From a bacterium UBP13_UBA5359 (GTDB taxonomy: Bacteria > UBP13 > UBA5359), in assembly GCA_002410925.1 (NCBI GenBank), contig DHPR01000033.1:142397-206396 (forward strand): a stretch of DNA of 64,000 nucleotides. Reading direction: 5' to 3'. Shown here piece after piece: positions 19,267-31,116 of the stretch. Made by a program: the position numbers and the translations under genes. The notes under the pieces are model-generated. The model saw only the letters and a program-made list of their open reading frames with translations. It was not told where the DNA came from and did not search any database. The first letter of the stretch is position 1; each line of letters opens with the position of its first letter.

Positions 19267-22200
19267 TTACCTGTTGCTCAGTTTAAAGTTTACCATGGTG
19301 CGCCCCTCTTCTTTTACCGTCACTTTGTCAATAACCTTGGTTACCATTCCCTGAGCTGAAGCGCGCACCTTGTATTGAGCTGCTCTCAGATCACCTATCA
19401 TATATCTTCCGTCAAATTCAGTATAAGCAGCTTTAATGACGGATTCTTCCTTTGTTATAGGATTTGTCCAGATAACTTCGATCAGTGCTCTGGAAATCGG
19501 TGTAACATCGTTGGATGCCATCATAACCCTGCCATATACCAACCCCATGGTTACCGTAGAGAGTCTGAAGTCGACATGAGTGGTTTTGCCACCGGTTACA
19601 GTGCATCCGATAGCATGATCATAGTAGCCGGGATACTTAGCCTTTATATAGGCATAGCTGCCGGAATCGACGCCCATAATGGTATAGCTGCCATCCGACA
19701 GAGTCGTTGTTCTATAAACAGGCTTGGTATCGTTTTGTCCTAAATAAACTTCAATAACCGCATTGTTAATAGGCTTAACGCCGTCGGTAACCTTACCGGT
19801 TATCTTGCCGGTTCTAAGCCAGGTTATGAAGCTGGCCATAAGACGTGCCCGGTTATTCATGGTGGCGTATTCCGTCGATGGCGCCGCTCCGTCGCCACCG
19901 CCGCCGCCGGAAGAGGCATTCTTAGCTTCAGGATCTTGGAAGGATTCAAAACCCGGGCGAATACCTTCAAAGCCGAATGCCAAAAAGATAGTCTTGTAGT
20001 TCTTCTGGGTATTCCAATAACAGACCCCGGCAGCATTGCTTATCAGCTTGGGCCTTGCCGGCTCAGCGTTTTTACCCTCTCCTGTGCCGGCAAAATCGGG
20101 AAGCGCTTCAGCACCGCCGGTATTTCCGGCGGCACCGGAATCACCCTCGGCGGCGCTTTGGCTGCTGTATGTCAGAATAGCCTCAGCCGGTGCCTCCGGC
20201 ATAACAACATCATTCCACCACTGATTCTTGCAGGCGTCACCGGCCCAATAATCAGGATCAGGACCTGAATCTTTAGTGCCGTAGTAATAACCGGCCAGCT
20301 TTAACTGCAAACCGCCACCACTGGCGGCACTATCGCCACTTTCAGACGGACTGGCTTCGCCGGCCTTATCTCTGACGGCAAATATACCGCCCGAACCATC
20401 TACATCACCTTGCCCCGGCAGATCGGCAATACTGCCCTTGGCAGGGATAAGAGTCCATTTCCCAGCCTGATCGGCAATATAACGGACCTTCATATATGCA
20501 GTCAAAAATTCATTGTATACCTTACCATCTTTGGTTAATGCCCAGGCCACATCCTGCCCCGTCACCATCAGACGACCGCCGTAATCCAGAAACTTTATCA
20601 ATGTATCCTGCGTCTTAGGATCCTCTATGGTGCCTGCATCGGTCCACAAATTACCAGCATAAGGGCTTCCCCATATAACACATTTATCGCTATTCGAATA
20701 GGTTAACAGAGTAGCGGCATCTATAGGACCGCGGCAGATTATTCTCCACTCGTCGTAGCTCTCGCCGTAAAAGGGATCTCTGGGCTCGGTACCACGCCGC
20801 ATTATGCCTGTGGAGCCGCCGGCCCCCTCCAACCACCAGCCCTTTGACCAGGCATAACCGGACCATTTGATCGTACCGGCGTTGGATTCATATGACCATG
20901 ATTTTTTAAAATAACTTTCGGCCGGATTCATCAGCCATCCCGGTCGGTTATATGAACCGCCGTATCTGACGGCATCAAAGCGTTGCCCGCACATATAATC
21001 GTTTACCAGTAATATTTTACTGCTGGGCACAAAGATCTTGGTGGTAAAACCGGTAATGTTATCGTATGCCTTGGTGTTGCCTGCCTTATCCTTAACAACT
21101 ATATTGATGTAGTACTCGCCCTCTCCGCCTTTGGTGTTGATGGCGTTGGCATAGATACCGTCGCCGGCCAGCCCGTCATTATGCTTGCCGTCATCAAAGA
21201 GCTCTATAGTGTCTACTATTTCGTAATCAGTGTGAACCCTGATCTTTATAGCCGGAGCGCCCCCCTCGCCACCGCCTGCATCCGCGCCTGAAGCACCACC
21301 GCTGTCGCCACCGGAAGATGCACTGCCTTCGGAAATCAGTTTTTCTGCCTGGTTTTTATAAATAAACTTATCGGCATTCTTTATCTGTGCGTACACTTTA
21401 TCCACACCGCTGTGTCTGTCCTCCACTTTGGCTGTAATGACCACCTTATCGCCGGGATGAGCCTGCCTGGGAGAGACGACCGGTAAACGAGTAAGATAGG
21501 GCGGCTCGATATCCCTTAAGCTGGAGAGCCAGATATCATTGTTTCCATCTCTATTGGAAACAAAAAGCATTCTGTTCAATTCAGGTTTTCGTGAACATTC
21601 GGGATCAAAAGTATTATATCCAATCCAATGAAGAAGTGTTGTCGGTGATCCGCCTGTCGCCGGTATGGAAGAGAGGGAAGTGGTAGAGCCTTCCCTTGAT
21701 GAATAATAGATTATCTTGCCGTCCAGCGACCATGAGGGGAAAGCATCGTCCTGCCCGTTTGTCAGTTTTACCGCTTTGCTACCGGGAAAGGGGATCATCC
21801 AGATATTACGTTTTCCGGCTCTATCGGAAACAAAAGCGATACTCGTGCCGTTGGGAGACCATACCGGGTGATAATTATTTCCCATTTGATCGGGCAAGAG
21901 CGTAATATTGGCATCCCGTACGTTGGTGTCAAAGCTTCTGGAATCTATGGTATATAGTCTGTATTGCCCTTCGGCACCACGATTGGAAGCAAAGACTATG
22001 CGGCTTCCATCCGGCGACCATGAGGGGTCTTTCTCATCGCTCTCATTCAAAAAATATGTCAGATTGCGCAGGCCGCCTCCATCAATATTAATACGCCAGA
22101 TATCAAATGTACTCTTAGCATCTTTCTTAGCGGAGAAGACTATGGATAGGGAATTAGGATACCATGCAGGCGATGTAGCAACGGATCCGACACCTTTAAA

Positions 22201-22482
22201 GGTTGTTAATTGGCGGCAATCCGAGCCGTCGACCTTCATCAACCATATTTCATATTTTCCACTACGGTTGGATGTAAAAGCGATACTCTCTCCATTCGGG
22301 GACCATGTCGGATAAAGATCATCGCTGGGCTTGTTTTGAACCGTCTTATGGTTGAACGTAAGATTCAACAGCTTATCAGTAAGAATGCCCGGCTCCTTGG
22401 TTAGCGGCGCGGCATAAATCATTCTGTAATCCACACAGAACAAGGTCGTGACTAATACTAATAGAAGAACAAAACGCTTCAT
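19267..22482 (-). CDS. Large secreted mosaic protein: signal peptide, six TolB-type PD40 propeller repeats, Ig-like region, GATase1/ThuA-like domain, two CarboxypepD_reg-like domains, Gly/Ser-rich linkers
   Basis: Signal peptide MKRFVLLLVLVTTLF (start 22482 after a GGGGGGAG RBS). Repeated WSPDG/WSPNG PD40 motifs. KILLVND...LDYGGRLMV looks like a GATase1 fold. The C-terminus reads GKITGKVTDG...SYTI, like the CarboxypepD regulatory fold. Confidence 0.55.
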   Translation of the reverse strand: MKRFVLLLVLVTTLFCVDYRMIYAAPLTKEPGILTDKLLNLTFNHKTVQNKPSDDLYPTWSPNGESIAFTSNRSGKYEIWLMKVDGSDCRQLTTFKGVGSVATSPAWYPNSLSIVFSAKKDAKSTFDIWRINIDGGGLRNLTYFLNESDEKDPSWSPDGSRIVFASNRGAEGQYRLYTIDSRSFDTNVRDANITLLPDQMGNNYHPVWSPNGTSIAFVSDRAGKRNIWMIPFPGSKAVKLTNGQDDAFPSWSLDGKIIYYSSREGSTTSLSSIPATGGSPTTLLHWIGYNTFDPECSRKPELNRMLFVSNRDGNNDIWLSSLRDIEPPYLTRLPVVSPRQAHPGDKVVITAKVEDRHSGVDKVYAQIKNADKFIYKNQAEKLISEGSASSGGDSGGASGADAGGGEGGAPAIKIRVHTDYEIVDTIELFDDGKHNDGLAGDGIYANAINTKGGEGEYYINIVVKDKAGNTKAYDNITGFTTKIFVPSSKILLVNDYMCGQRFDAVRYGGSYNRPGWLMNPAESYFKKSWSYESNAGTIKWSGYAWSKGWWLEGAGGSTGIMRRGTEPRDPFYGESYDEWRIICRGPIDAATLLTYSNSDKCVIWGSPYAGNLWTDAGTIEDPKTQDTLIKFLDYGGRLMVTGQDVAWALTKDGKVYNEFLTAYMKVRYIADQAGKWTLIPAKGSIADLPGQGDVDGSGGIFAVRDKAGEASPSESGDSAASGGGLQLKLAGYYYGTKDSGPDPDYWAGDACKNQWWNDVVMPEAPAEAILTYSSQSAAEGDSGAAGNTGGAEALPDFAGTGEGKNAEPARPKLISNAAGVCYWNTQKNYKTIFLAFGFEGIRPGFESFQDPEAKNASSGGGGGDGAAPSTEYATMNNRARLMASFITWLRTGKITGKVTDGVKPINNAVIEVYLGQNDTKPVYRTTTLSDGSYTIMGVDSGSYAYIKAKYPGYYDHAIGCTVTGGKTTHVDFRLSTVTMGLVYGRVMMASNDVTPISRALIEVIWTNPITKEESVIKAAYTEFDGRYMIGDLRAAQYKVRASAQGMVTKVIDKVTVKEEGRTMVNFKLSNR

Positions 22483-22590
22483 TGCTCCCCCCGGCAGCAT
22501 AAATAAAATTGGTATATCTTATTTTAAATTCTTCATGAAGCCCGAATTATCCTTCAACGGGAAAGTTTCAATGATAAAAGCATCATAAGC

Positions 22591-24174
22591 TTACATCTTT
22601 GCAGCCGGGCCGGCATCTATGTTTTCTTTTAGCAAAGCATAAGCAATACTATCTACAAGCGCCAGCCAGCTGGCCTGAATGATGTTCTCGGATACACCGA
22701 TAGTGCCCCATGAGGAGAGGCCATCAGAGCTTTCCACCAGAACTCTTACTTTGGCGGCAGTTCCTGATGCTTCGTCTATGACCCTGACCTTGAAATCCGT
22801 TAATTTCATATTGCTCAAAGAGGGATAAAATTGCAACAGAGCCTTACGCAAGGCATTATCCAGCGCATGCACCGGGCCATCGCCCTCCGCTACGGCATGC
22901 ACACACTGTTCGCCGACTCGTACTTTTATAGTGGCCTCTGTGATCAAAGAATTATCCGCACCTCGCTTTTCGATAATAACTCTGAAGCCCTCAAGATCAA
23001 AGAGCTTACGATAGTCGCCTTTAGCCTTGTGGATAAGTATCTCAAAAGAGGCCTCAGCACCTTCAAACTGATAGCCATCATGCTCAAGTCTGACAAGATT
23101 CGACATGACCTCCTTTAAGGCGGCATCGTCGAGATTGGTATGCATCTGCTCAGCTTTATGAAGGACATTGCTCTTGCCTGAAAGTTCAGAGATAAGTATA
23201 CGTCTTTTGTTGCCAACTTTTTCCGGTTCGATATGCTCATAGGTGCATGCCGATCGACTGACAGCACTGACATGAACCCCGCCCTTATGAGCAAAGGCAC
23301 TGTTACCGACAAAGGGCTGATGACTATCATGGTGTATATTGGCAATCTCATAGACATAGTGCGATAGTGAGGTCAGCGCTTCAAGCTTTGCGGCTGTTTG
23401 TACCTTCATTTTCAATGCCAGAGAGGGGATGACGGAACAGAGATCTGCATTACCACAGCGCTCGCCAAAACCGTTTACGGTGCCCTGGACATGTGTAGCA
23501 CCGCCCTCTACGGCTAACAGTGTATTAGCCACTGCCAGCCCGCTGTCATTATGCGTATGTATGCCCAGGGGTAAGCCGTAATGCTTGTCTGCAACAGCCG
23601 ATACCGCCTCTGTTATGCGCGCGGGAAGAGTTCCACCATTGGTATCGCATAAAACGAGTATGGAAGCGCCTCCTTCCGCAGCCGCTTCCAGTACCTTAAG
23701 AGCATATTCGGGATTATCGGCGTAGCCATCGAAGAAGTGCTCAGCATCAAATATAACCTGGCGACCTTTGCCGGCCAGAAAAGAGACCGAATCTCGGACC
23801 ATGAAGAGATTCTCTTCAAGCGTCGTCTTCAAGGCGGCTTCAACGTGCAGATCCCAGGCCTTTCCAAAAATGGTCACCACGGGTGCGCCGCAGGCCAATA
23901 GTGCCAGAATGTTGCTGTCATCACCGGAGGTTACCCTTGGCCGCCGTGTCATCCCAAAGGCGGCCAAACGAGCATTCTTCAAAGGCTCATCTTTCATGAT
24001 CCTGAAGAATTCCAAATCCTTAGGATTGGAGAATGGCCACCCGCCTTCAACATAATCAAAGCCTGTGCCGTCGAGTTTCCTGGCGATAAGAACTTTATCA
24101 GAAACGGAAAAAGATATCCCTTCCATCTGAGCTCCATCACGCAAAGTCGTATCATATATCTCTACATGTTTCAA
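22591..24174 (-). CDS. cimA: (R)-citramalate synthase (LeuA-related, CimA type)
   Basis: [11 protein letters not shown] and [12 protein letters not shown] motifs. A 527-aa LeuA-like protein with the GWP segment typical of citramalate synthases. TTG start with an AAGGAG RBS. Confidence 0.65.
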   Translation of the reverse strand: MKHVEIYDTTLRDGAQMEGISFSVSDKVLIARKLDGTGFDYVEGGWPFSNPKDLEFFRIMKDEPLKNARLAAFGMTRRPRVTSGDDSNILALLACGAPVVTIFGKAWDLHVEAALKTTLEENLFMVRDSVSFLAGKGRQVIFDAEHFFDGYADNPEYALKVLEAAAEGGASILVLCDTNGGTLPARITEAVSAVADKHYGLPLGIHTHNDSGLAVANTLLAVEGGATHVQGTVNGFGERCGNADLCSVIPSLALKMKVQTAAKLEALTSLSHYVYEIANIHHDSHQPFVGNSAFAHKGGVHVSAVSRSACTYEHIEPEKVGNKRRILISELSGKSNVLHKAEQMHTNLDDAALKEVMSNLVRLEHDGYQFEGAEASFEILIHKAKGDYRKLFDLEGFRVIIEKRGADNSLITEATIKVRVGEQCVHAVAEGDGPVHALDNALRKALLQFYPSLSNMKLTDFKVRVIDEASGTAAKVRVLVESSDGLSSWGTIGVSENIIQASWLALVDSIAYALLKENIDAGPAAKM

Positions 24175-24303
24175 AGGCAGTGCTCCTTACGTAGCTTTCG
24201 AGCCTGAAATATAAAGCTTATCAGCTTTGCACTCGGCAATCGTTTTAAGATAAAAATCTTTCTTTCCGGTAAGCTTGCTTTTAGTCTTCAATAGCCCTTA
24301 TTC

Positions 24304-24792
24304 TTATCTTTTAGACTTGACATAATTGATCAGGCCGCCGGCGGCAATCAGATTCTGCATAAAGGCAGGAAACTCCTGAGCGGTATATTTGCATCCGGTG
24401 GTAATATTGCATATGCATCCCTTATCCAGGATGACCTCCACCTGGTCATCTTCGTTAATTCCCTCGGCGGCCTCGGAACTCTCAAAAATAGGAAGGCCGA
24501 TATTTATAGCATTTCTATAAAAGATGCGAGCGAATGATTTGGCTATAACACAGCTTACTCCTGCCGCTTTTATGGCGATGGGAGCATGTTCACGCGAGCT
24601 GCCGCAACCGAAATTATCACCACCCACAATTATATCACCCGGTTGCACCTCATCAGCAAAAGAAGCATTGATATCCTCCATGCAATGTCGAGCCAATTCA
24701 ACAGGATCGGATGTATTCAGATATCTGGCGGGAATAATGACATCTGTATCCACGTTATCGCCGAACTTCCAAGCTTTTCCTTTTATATGCAT
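24304..24792 (-). CDS. leuD: 3-isopropylmalate dehydratase small subunit
   Basis: Short-type LeuD of 162 aa with a [14 protein letters not shown]-like motif. Confidence 0.85.
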   Translation of the reverse strand: MHIKGKAWKFGDNVDTDVIIPARYLNTSDPVELARHCMEDINASFADEVQPGDIIVGGDNFGCGSSREHAPIAIKAAGVSCVIAKSFARIFYRNAINIGLPIFESSEAAEGINEDDQVEVILDKGCICNITTGCKYTAQEFPAFMQNLIAAGGLINYVKSKR

Positions 24793-24808
24793 ATCAAATC
24801 AGCCTTTC

Positions 24809-26068
24809 TTAAATCTCATCCGGAGAAACGATTCTTCCGGCCACAGCTGAGGCCGCTGCAACTGCAGGGTTGGATAGGTAGACTTCACTCTGAGGATGCC
24901 CCATACGCCCTACAAAGTTACGATTGGTAGTGGCAATAGCTCTCTCTCCGCTGGCCAATATACCCATATGACCGCCAAGGCATGGACCGCAAGTAGGTGT
25001 GCTGAAAGCGGCACCTGCCTCCACCAGAGCCTCTGCCAGGCCCTCTCGGATAGCCTGCAGATAGATCTCTTGAGTACCGGGAATAACAATCAAGCGTACT
25101 TTTCTATTTACCTTCTTCCCTTTCAAAACTTTAGTGGCAATCCTCAGGTCCTCTATTCTGCCGTTGGTGCAAGAGCCTATCACTGCCTGATCTATTGATA
25201 TATCTCCTGCCTGGCTTACAGGGCGAGTGTTCTCCGGCAGATGAGGAAAAGCAACCATCGGTTCCAGGGCGGAGACATCGATATTATGAACGGAACGATA
25301 TACTGCATCATTATCACTGGCATAAAGTGTAAAATCATGCTTGGCCCTTCCGCTCATGTAATCGATTGTTTGCTGATCCGGCGGTATGATTCCATTCTTG
25401 CCGCCCGCCTCGATAGCCATATTACAAATTGTAAATCTATCGGCCATTGTCATATAATCGAATGCATCTCCGGTAAACTCCATAGCCCTGTATAGAGCTC
25501 CGTCTACACCTATCATCCCGATGATATAAAGCATGAGATCCTTACCGGATACCCATCTACTCGGGCGTCCTGTGCAAATAAACTTCATGCTCTCCGGCAC
25601 CTTAATCCAGCACTCGCCGGTAGCCATGGCGGCTGCCATATCGGTACTGCCCATGCCGGTGGAAAAAGCGCCGAGCGCACCATAAGTGCAGGTGTGTGAA
25701 TCCGCACCTATGACCAGATCTCCGGCAACCACCAATCCTTTATCAGGGAGAAGTGTATGCTCTATACCCATGCACCCTATCTCGAAAAAGTTTACTATCC
25801 CGTATGCTTCTGCGAAGCGGCGCATGATCTTAACCTGCTCTGCCGCCTTGATATCCTTATTGGGCGTGAAATGATCCGGCACCAGAGCTATTTTGTTACG
25901 ATCGAATACTCTTTCGGCTCCGATCTTTTCGAACGCCTTTATAGCAACTGGAGCGGTGATATCATTGCCGAGAACAAGGTCTACCCTGACATCGATCAAT
26001 TCTCCCGGCCTGACAGCGCTTTTGCCGGCATGCGCCGCCAGTATCTTTTCGGTTATCGTCATTCCCAT
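24809..26068 (-). CDS. leuC: 3-isopropylmalate dehydratase large subunit
   Basis: Aconitase-family Cys ligands and a 419-aa short-type LeuC. Confidence 0.85.
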   Translation of the reverse strand: MGMTITEKILAAHAGKSAVRPGELIDVRVDLVLGNDITAPVAIKAFEKIGAERVFDRNKIALVPDHFTPNKDIKAAEQVKIMRRFAEAYGIVNFFEIGCMGIEHTLLPDKGLVVAGDLVIGADSHTCTYGALGAFSTGMGSTDMAAAMATGECWIKVPESMKFICTGRPSRWVSGKDLMLYIIGMIGVDGALYRAMEFTGDAFDYMTMADRFTICNMAIEAGGKNGIIPPDQQTIDYMSGRAKHDFTLYASDNDAVYRSVHNIDVSALEPMVAFPHLPENTRPVSQAGDISIDQAVIGSCTNGRIEDLRIATKVLKGKKVNRKVRLIVIPGTQEIYLQAIREGLAEALVEAGAAFSTPTCGPCLGGHMGILASGERAIATTNRNFVGRMGHPQSEVYLSNPAVAAASAVAGRIVSPDEI

Positions 26069-26079
26069 CAGTATAGCTC

Positions 26080-27600
26080 CTATCGTGATTTTGATGCATA
26101 CGCCAATTTGTTCAACGCCTGAATATAGGCCTTAGCGCTGGCCTCTATGATATCAGTACTGCTCCCTCTCCCGGTAAAAATACGCCCTTCGCTGTTACCC
26201 AAACGTACCATCACTTCACCCAGCGCATCCGTTCCTCCGGTTACGGACTTTACTGAATAATCGATAAGTTTATGCTGAAAGTCTACAATATTGTCTATGG
26301 CTTTGTAAACAGCATCGACAGATCCTACGCCTATAGCCGTATCGATAATCTCAGCGCCGTCACGAATAATCCTGATTGCGGCCTCTGGAATAGTAGTTGT
26401 TCCCGCTGATACATGCATATAATCGAGTGTAAAAACCTCGGGTACAGTATAGACTTCATCAGCAATAATGGATTCGATATCTCTGTCGGATACCTCTTTC
26501 TTTTTATCCGCCAGATCCTTAAAACGTATAAAGGCTTTATTAAGATCATCTTTATCAAGAGCATAGCCCATCTCGTTGAGCTTCTTCTCAAAGGCATGCC
26601 GGCCGGAATGTTTTCCCAGAACCAACTGGCTCTCATTAAGACCTATATCCCTGGCATCCATTATCTCATAGGTGCTCCGTTCGCACATCACGCCATGCTG
26701 ATGTATGCCGGATTCATGAGCAAAGGCATTGACTCCGACAATGGCTTTATTGGGCTGAACTATTATTCCGGTCATATCGCTGACCATTCGGCTGCTCTTG
26801 TATATCTCCCGCATATTTATATTGGTCTTCAAGCCAAAATAATCCGCACGGGTGGCTAAAGCCATAACTATCTCTTCCAGGGCGGTATTGCCTGCTCTCT
26901 CTCCTATGCCGTTAATGCTGCACTCTACCTGGTCGGCTCCCGCTTCTACAGCCGCCAGTGCATTGGCCGATGCCAACCCCAGATCGTTATGGCAGTGTAC
27001 GCTTATAGTTACACCTTCTATACCCTTTACCTGCTCTCTGATAGTGGCGATAAGCCGGCTAAATTCAACGGGCAATATATAGCCGACGGTATCGGGTATG
27101 TTCAGAACGGTGGCGCCTGCATCGATAACAGCTTCGAGCACACGGCAAAGATAATCGACATCGGTCCGAGAAGCATCCTCTGCCGAAAACTCTACGTCAT
27201 CGGTATATTTTTTAGCATACGAAACGGCATCCACCGCCATGTTCAGGACCTCGTCATGGCTCTTTTTCAGCTTATGTTTCAAATGAATGTCGGAGGTAGC
27301 AATGAAGGTATGGATTCGCGATCTATCGGCATACTGCAAAGCTTCCCAGGCACGATCAATATCTTTATGGTTAGCCCGGCAAAGACCGGCGATAACCGGA
27401 CCTTTGACTCTCTTAGCAATCTCCTTTACCGCATCAAAATCGCCCTGCGAAGAAATGGGGAAGCCGGCCTCTATTACATCTACGTTCAAGCGTGCTAATT
27501 GACGCGCGATTTCCAACTTTTCATCGGGATTGAGGCTGGCACCGGGCGACTGCTCTCCATCTCGGAGAGTGGTATCAAAAATATTAATTATCCTATCCAA
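26080..27600 (-). CDS. leuA: 2-isopropylmalate synthase
   Basis: [11 protein letters not shown] and HCHNDLGLA motifs plus a C-terminal LeuA dimerisation/regulatory domain. TTG start with a GGGAGG RBS. Confidence 0.85.
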   Translation of the reverse strand: MDRIINIFDTTLRDGEQSPGASLNPDEKLEIARQLARLNVDVIEAGFPISSQGDFDAVKEIAKRVKGPVIAGLCRANHKDIDRAWEALQYADRSRIHTFIATSDIHLKHKLKKSHDEVLNMAVDAVSYAKKYTDDVEFSAEDASRTDVDYLCRVLEAVIDAGATVLNIPDTVGYILPVEFSRLIATIREQVKGIEGVTISVHCHNDLGLASANALAAVEAGADQVECSINGIGERAGNTALEEIVMALATRADYFGLKTNINMREIYKSSRMVSDMTGIIVQPNKAIVGVNAFAHESGIHQHGVMCERSTYEIMDARDIGLNESQLVLGKHSGRHAFEKKLNEMGYALDKDDLNKAFIRFKDLADKKKEVSDRDIESIIADEVYTVPEVFTLDYMHVSAGTTTIPEAAIRIIRDGAEIIDTAIGVGSVDAVYKAIDNIVDFQHKLIDYSVKSVTGGTDALGEVMVRLGNSEGRIFTGRGSSTDIIEASAKAYIQALNKLAYASKSR

Positions 27601-27760
27601 CCTTTGTACCTCCCATAACAGCTATAAAGTCCGAAGTCCGAAGCAGCCTACGCTCAGCCAGACTGCCTTTATCACTAAGTGCTAAAATTACTTCTCAGCC
27701 TTAGGGCTGTCAGTTTATACCTGGGCATTCTCCTTCAGACTTCAGACCTTTACCCTCAGA

Positions 27761-28753
27761 TTATTTTTTCAGCCATACCATCATATCACGCAGCTCTGCG
27801 CCCACCTTCTCAATAAGGTGCTCCTTGCCCATTCTGGCAAGAGCATTGAATACAGGGCGATTGGCCTGGTTCTCCAGCATCCACTCACGAGCAAATTCAC
27901 CGGTCTGGATCTCAGCCAATATCTCTTCCATCTCCTCGCGGACATAGTCATTGACTATTCTCGGACCGCGAGTGAGATCACCATATTCAGCTGTGTTGCT
28001 GATGGAATCACGCATGGTGGCTATACCACCTTCATACAAAAGATCTACAATCAGCTTAAGCTCATGCAGGCACTCAAAATAGGCTATTTCAGGTTGATAA
28101 CCGGCGTTCACCAGGGTTTCAAAACCGGCAGTAACCAGGGCAGTGGCACCGCCACAGAGAACAGCCTGCTCACCAAAAAGATCGGTCTCGGTCTCCTCCT
28201 TGAAGGTTGTTTCCAGAACGCCTGCTCTAGTAGCACCTATGCCGGCAGCATAAGCTAGGGCCAACTGCTTGGCCTTGCCGGTATGATCCTGATAAACCGC
28301 TATGAGCGCAGGCACTCCGGCGCCTTCCGTGTAAACTCTTCTAACAAGATGCCCCGGTCCCTTTGGTGCCACCATTAATACATCGACATCAGCGGGAGGA
28401 ACTATCTGGCCGAAATGGATATTGAAGCCATGAGAGAAAAGCAACGCGTTGCCCGGCTTCAGGCCTTTCTGAACCTCGTTTTTGTAAACCTTGGATTGAA
28501 CCTCATCTTCGGTAAGGATCTGAATTATATCAGCCTTCCCGGCGGCCTCTGCGGCGCTTAGGGGAGTAAAGCCATCTTCCACAGCCTTCTTCCAGTTAGC
28601 GCTGCCTTGTAAATCGCTGACGATTACATTAAAGCCGCTATCTCTCAAGTTCTGTGCCTGAGCATGCCCCTGGCTGCCATATCCGATAATAGCTATAACC
28701 TTTCCCTTCAATAGACCCAGATCGGCATCCTTGTCATAATAAATCTTTGCCAT
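27761..28753 (-). CDS. ilvC: Ketol-acid reductoisomerase
   Basis: [19 protein letters not shown] Rossmann motif and class I KARI length. Confidence 0.9.
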   Translation of the reverse strand: MAKIYYDKDADLGLLKGKVIAIIGYGSQGHAQAQNLRDSGFNVIVSDLQGSANWKKAVEDGFTPLSAAEAAGKADIIQILTEDEVQSKVYKNEVQKGLKPGNALLFSHGFNIHFGQIVPPADVDVLMVAPKGPGHLVRRVYTEGAGVPALIAVYQDHTGKAKQLALAYAAGIGATRAGVLETTFKEETETDLFGEQAVLCGGATALVTAGFETLVNAGYQPEIAYFECLHELKLIVDLLYEGGIATMRDSISNTAEYGDLTRGPRIVNDYVREEMEEILAEIQTGEFAREWMLENQANRPVFNALARMGKEHLIEKVGAELRDMMVWLKK

Positions 28754-28807
28754 TGTACACTCCTCCTTTATTTTAGTAACTACTCTATCCGTTCTTCGTA
28801 GTTACAT

Positions 28808-29296
28808 TCACTCGGTGCTCTTGGAACCTCTTGCTAAAACTATTTTACCGGTTCTGACTATCTCTTTTATGCCAAAGGGCCTGAACAACTGCTCTATGGC
28901 GTTAATCTTGCCCTCGCTTCCAGTTATTTCAACTACAAAAGTCTTATCCGAAACATCCACAATTTTTCCCCGGAATATATCCGTTATCTGCATGATCTCA
29001 TTGCGACTACGCGTTTCGGCGCTAACCTTTATAAGGGCAAGCTCTCTTTCCACGACGCTCTCTTCCGTGTGGTCATAAACCTTTATGACCTCTACCAGCT
29101 TATATATCTGTTTGCGTATCTGTTCCAGAGCCGCTACATCGCCATCCACCACAATCGTCATTCTTGAAATATCCGGATTTTCAGTTGAGTTCACGGAGAG
29201 ACTCTCTATATTGAAGCCCCTTCTGGCAAACAGACCGGATACTCGCGTCAAAACGCCGGGGTGATTGGATACCAGCACTGACAACGTATGTCTCAT
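28808..29296 (-). CDS. ilvN: Acetolactate synthase small (regulatory) subunit
   Basis: ACT-domain start MRHTLSVLVSNHPGVLTRVSGLFARRGFNIESL. Confidence 0.8.
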   Translation of the reverse strand: MRHTLSVLVSNHPGVLTRVSGLFARRGFNIESLSVNSTENPDISRMTIVVDGDVAALEQIRKQIYKLVEVIKVYDHTEESVVERELALIKVSAETRSRNEIMQITDIFRGKIVDVSDKTFVVEITGSEGKINAIEQLFRPFGIKEIVRTGKIVLARGSKSTE

Positions 29297-29424
29297 ATCA
29301 CTTCCCCTTTTCTAAATAATGCTGAACGTGGAATCGCATCTCTCACACTCTGCATCAAGATTTTTCCTTATTCGCACATGCGAAATCGGAAATCAAATCC
29401 GCATTCTATCTCTTGTCCTGTCAT

Positions 29425-31104
29425 CTAATCTATCATCATTTTATCGATACTGCCTCCGGCAGGTATCATCGGCATAACATTCTCTTCCCGTGCAATAATA
29501 AAATCAATAATACAGGGAACATCGGTGCATTCCAGAGCACGCTGTAAAGCAGGCTCAACCTCTTCCGGAGCCTGGACCCTGATACCCACTGCGCCATAGG
29601 CTTCCGCCAGCTTGATAAAATCCGGGTTAGTATAACCGATGTCGGTATGCGAATAACGTCTATCGTAAAACAACTGCTGCCACTGTCGCACCATACCCAG
29701 GTATCCATTATTAAGAATGGCAATCTTTATAGGAAGCTTATTCGATACAGCGGTCGCCATTTCCTGGATGTTCATCTGTATGCTGCCATCGCCGGCGATA
29801 TCAAAAACTATATCATTCGGACAAGCAATCTGCGCCCCGATAGCGGCCGGCAGGCCATATCCCATGGTCCCGAGACCGCCGGAAGAGATAAATTGTCTCG
29901 GACGTGATGCTTTGTAAAATTGCGCAGCCCACATCTGGTTCTGCCCAACTTCCGTAGTAATAATCGCCTTGCCTCCGGTAAGGCGGTGTATAGTTTCAAT
30001 AACCGCCTGAGGCTTGATCCCATCGGTATCATCACAGCTGTAATTCAACGGGTATTGCTCTCGCCAATCGTCGATACGCTCTCTCCAGGCAGTGATCTCC
30101 GCAGGCTTTGCTTCTTTCAAAAGCATTTGCAATATGTTACGTGCATCACCGACTATAGGCACATCCACAGCAACGCTCTTTCCGATTTCCGCCGGATCTA
30201 TATCTATATGAATCACTGCGGCATGAGGCGCAAAAGTATCCAACTTGCCGGTAACCCTATCGTCAAAGCGCGCACCGATCACAATAAGAAGATCTGCCTC
30301 ATGCACGGCATAATTGGAATAAGCGGTGCCGTGCATGCCCAGCATGCCAAGCGATAGCGGGTCATCTTCAGGGAAAACGCCTTTTCCCATAAGAGAGGTA
30401 GCCACAGGTATACCGGTCAACCGTGCCAGCTTCGTTAACTCAGCTGATGCGCCGGCAGTAACAACACCACCGCCGGCCAGGATAATCGGTTGCTTGGCTT
30501 TTTTTATAAGCCTGGCCGCATTCTTTACTTGCATTGGATGACCTTCATAATAAGGCTTATATCCAGGCATATTGACCTTTTCCGGATAGCTGAATTCCAT
30601 GGTCGCACTGCAGACATCCGTCGGCAGGTCTATGACTACCGGCCCGGGGCGACCAGTGGAAGCTATATGGAAAGCCTCTTTAACGGTTCTGGCCAGATCA
30701 CATACATCCTTGACCAGGAAATTATGTTTAACAATGGGCATCATTATGCCGGTTACATCAGCTTCCTGGAAAGAATCCTTGCCAAGAGCCGTGGTCTTAA
30801 CCTGCCCCGTTATTGCCACCAGAGGAATAGAATCCATATGAGCGGTAGCTATGCCGCTTACCAGGTTGCAGGCGCCGGGGCCTGATGTTGCCAGGCATAC
30901 GCCGACACGTCCGGTGGCGCGAGCATAACCATCCGCCGCATGCACGGCTCCCTGCTCATGACGCACCAGTATATGTCGAATGCCCTCCACATCGTACAGG
31001 GCATCATAGATAGGAAGAACTACTCCGCCGGGATAACCAAAAACAACTTCAACACCTTCCCGACGCAGCGATTCGATAAGAATTCTAGCTCCGTTAATCT
31101 TCAC
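29425..31104 (-). CDS. ilvB: Acetolactate synthase large subunit (biosynthetic, ThDP-dependent)
   Basis: ThDP/FAD-binding motifs (GDGSIQMNIQE). Probable GTG start at 31104, 8 nt after an AAGGAG that overlaps the ilvD stop. Confidence 0.9.
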   Translation of the reverse strand: MKINGARILIESLRREGVEVVFGYPGGVVLPIYDALYDVEGIRHILVRHEQGAVHAADGYARATGRVGVCLATSGPGACNLVSGIATAHMDSIPLVAITGQVKTTALGKDSFQEADVTGIMMPIVKHNFLVKDVCDLARTVKEAFHIASTGRPGPVVIDLPTDVCSATMEFSYPEKVNMPGYKPYYEGHPMQVKNAARLIKKAKQPIILAGGGVVTAGASAELTKLARLTGIPVATSLMGKGVFPEDDPLSLGMLGMHGTAYSNYAVHEADLLIVIGARFDDRVTGKLDTFAPHAAVIHIDIDPAEIGKSVAVDVPIVGDARNILQMLLKEAKPAEITAWRERIDDWREQYPLNYSCDDTDGIKPQAVIETIHRLTGGKAIITTEVGQNQMWAAQFYKASRPRQFISSGGLGTMGYGLPAAIGAQIACPNDIVFDIAGDGSIQMNIQEMATAVSNKLPIKIAILNNGYLGMVRQWQQLFYDRRYSHTDIGYTNPDFIKLAEAYGAVGIRVQAPEEVEPALQRALECTDVPCIIDFIIAREENVMPMIPAGGSIDKMMID

Positions 31105-31116
31105 GTAACACACTCC

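Noticed and set aside
19850-21330. Short GGC/GCC-rich tandem repeats inside the large secreted protein gene
   Set aside because: They encode the Gly/Ser/Asp/Ala linkers of the protein. They are neither CRISPR nor an intergenic repeat.
29297-29424. 128-nt spacer between ilvB and ilvN with small hairpins (ATGCG...CGCAT, UUCGC-AUGU-GCGAA)
   Set aside because: The stems are only 5 bp with no U-tract. I cannot support a terminator or attenuator call. It may simply be an untranslated spacer with the ilvN RBS.
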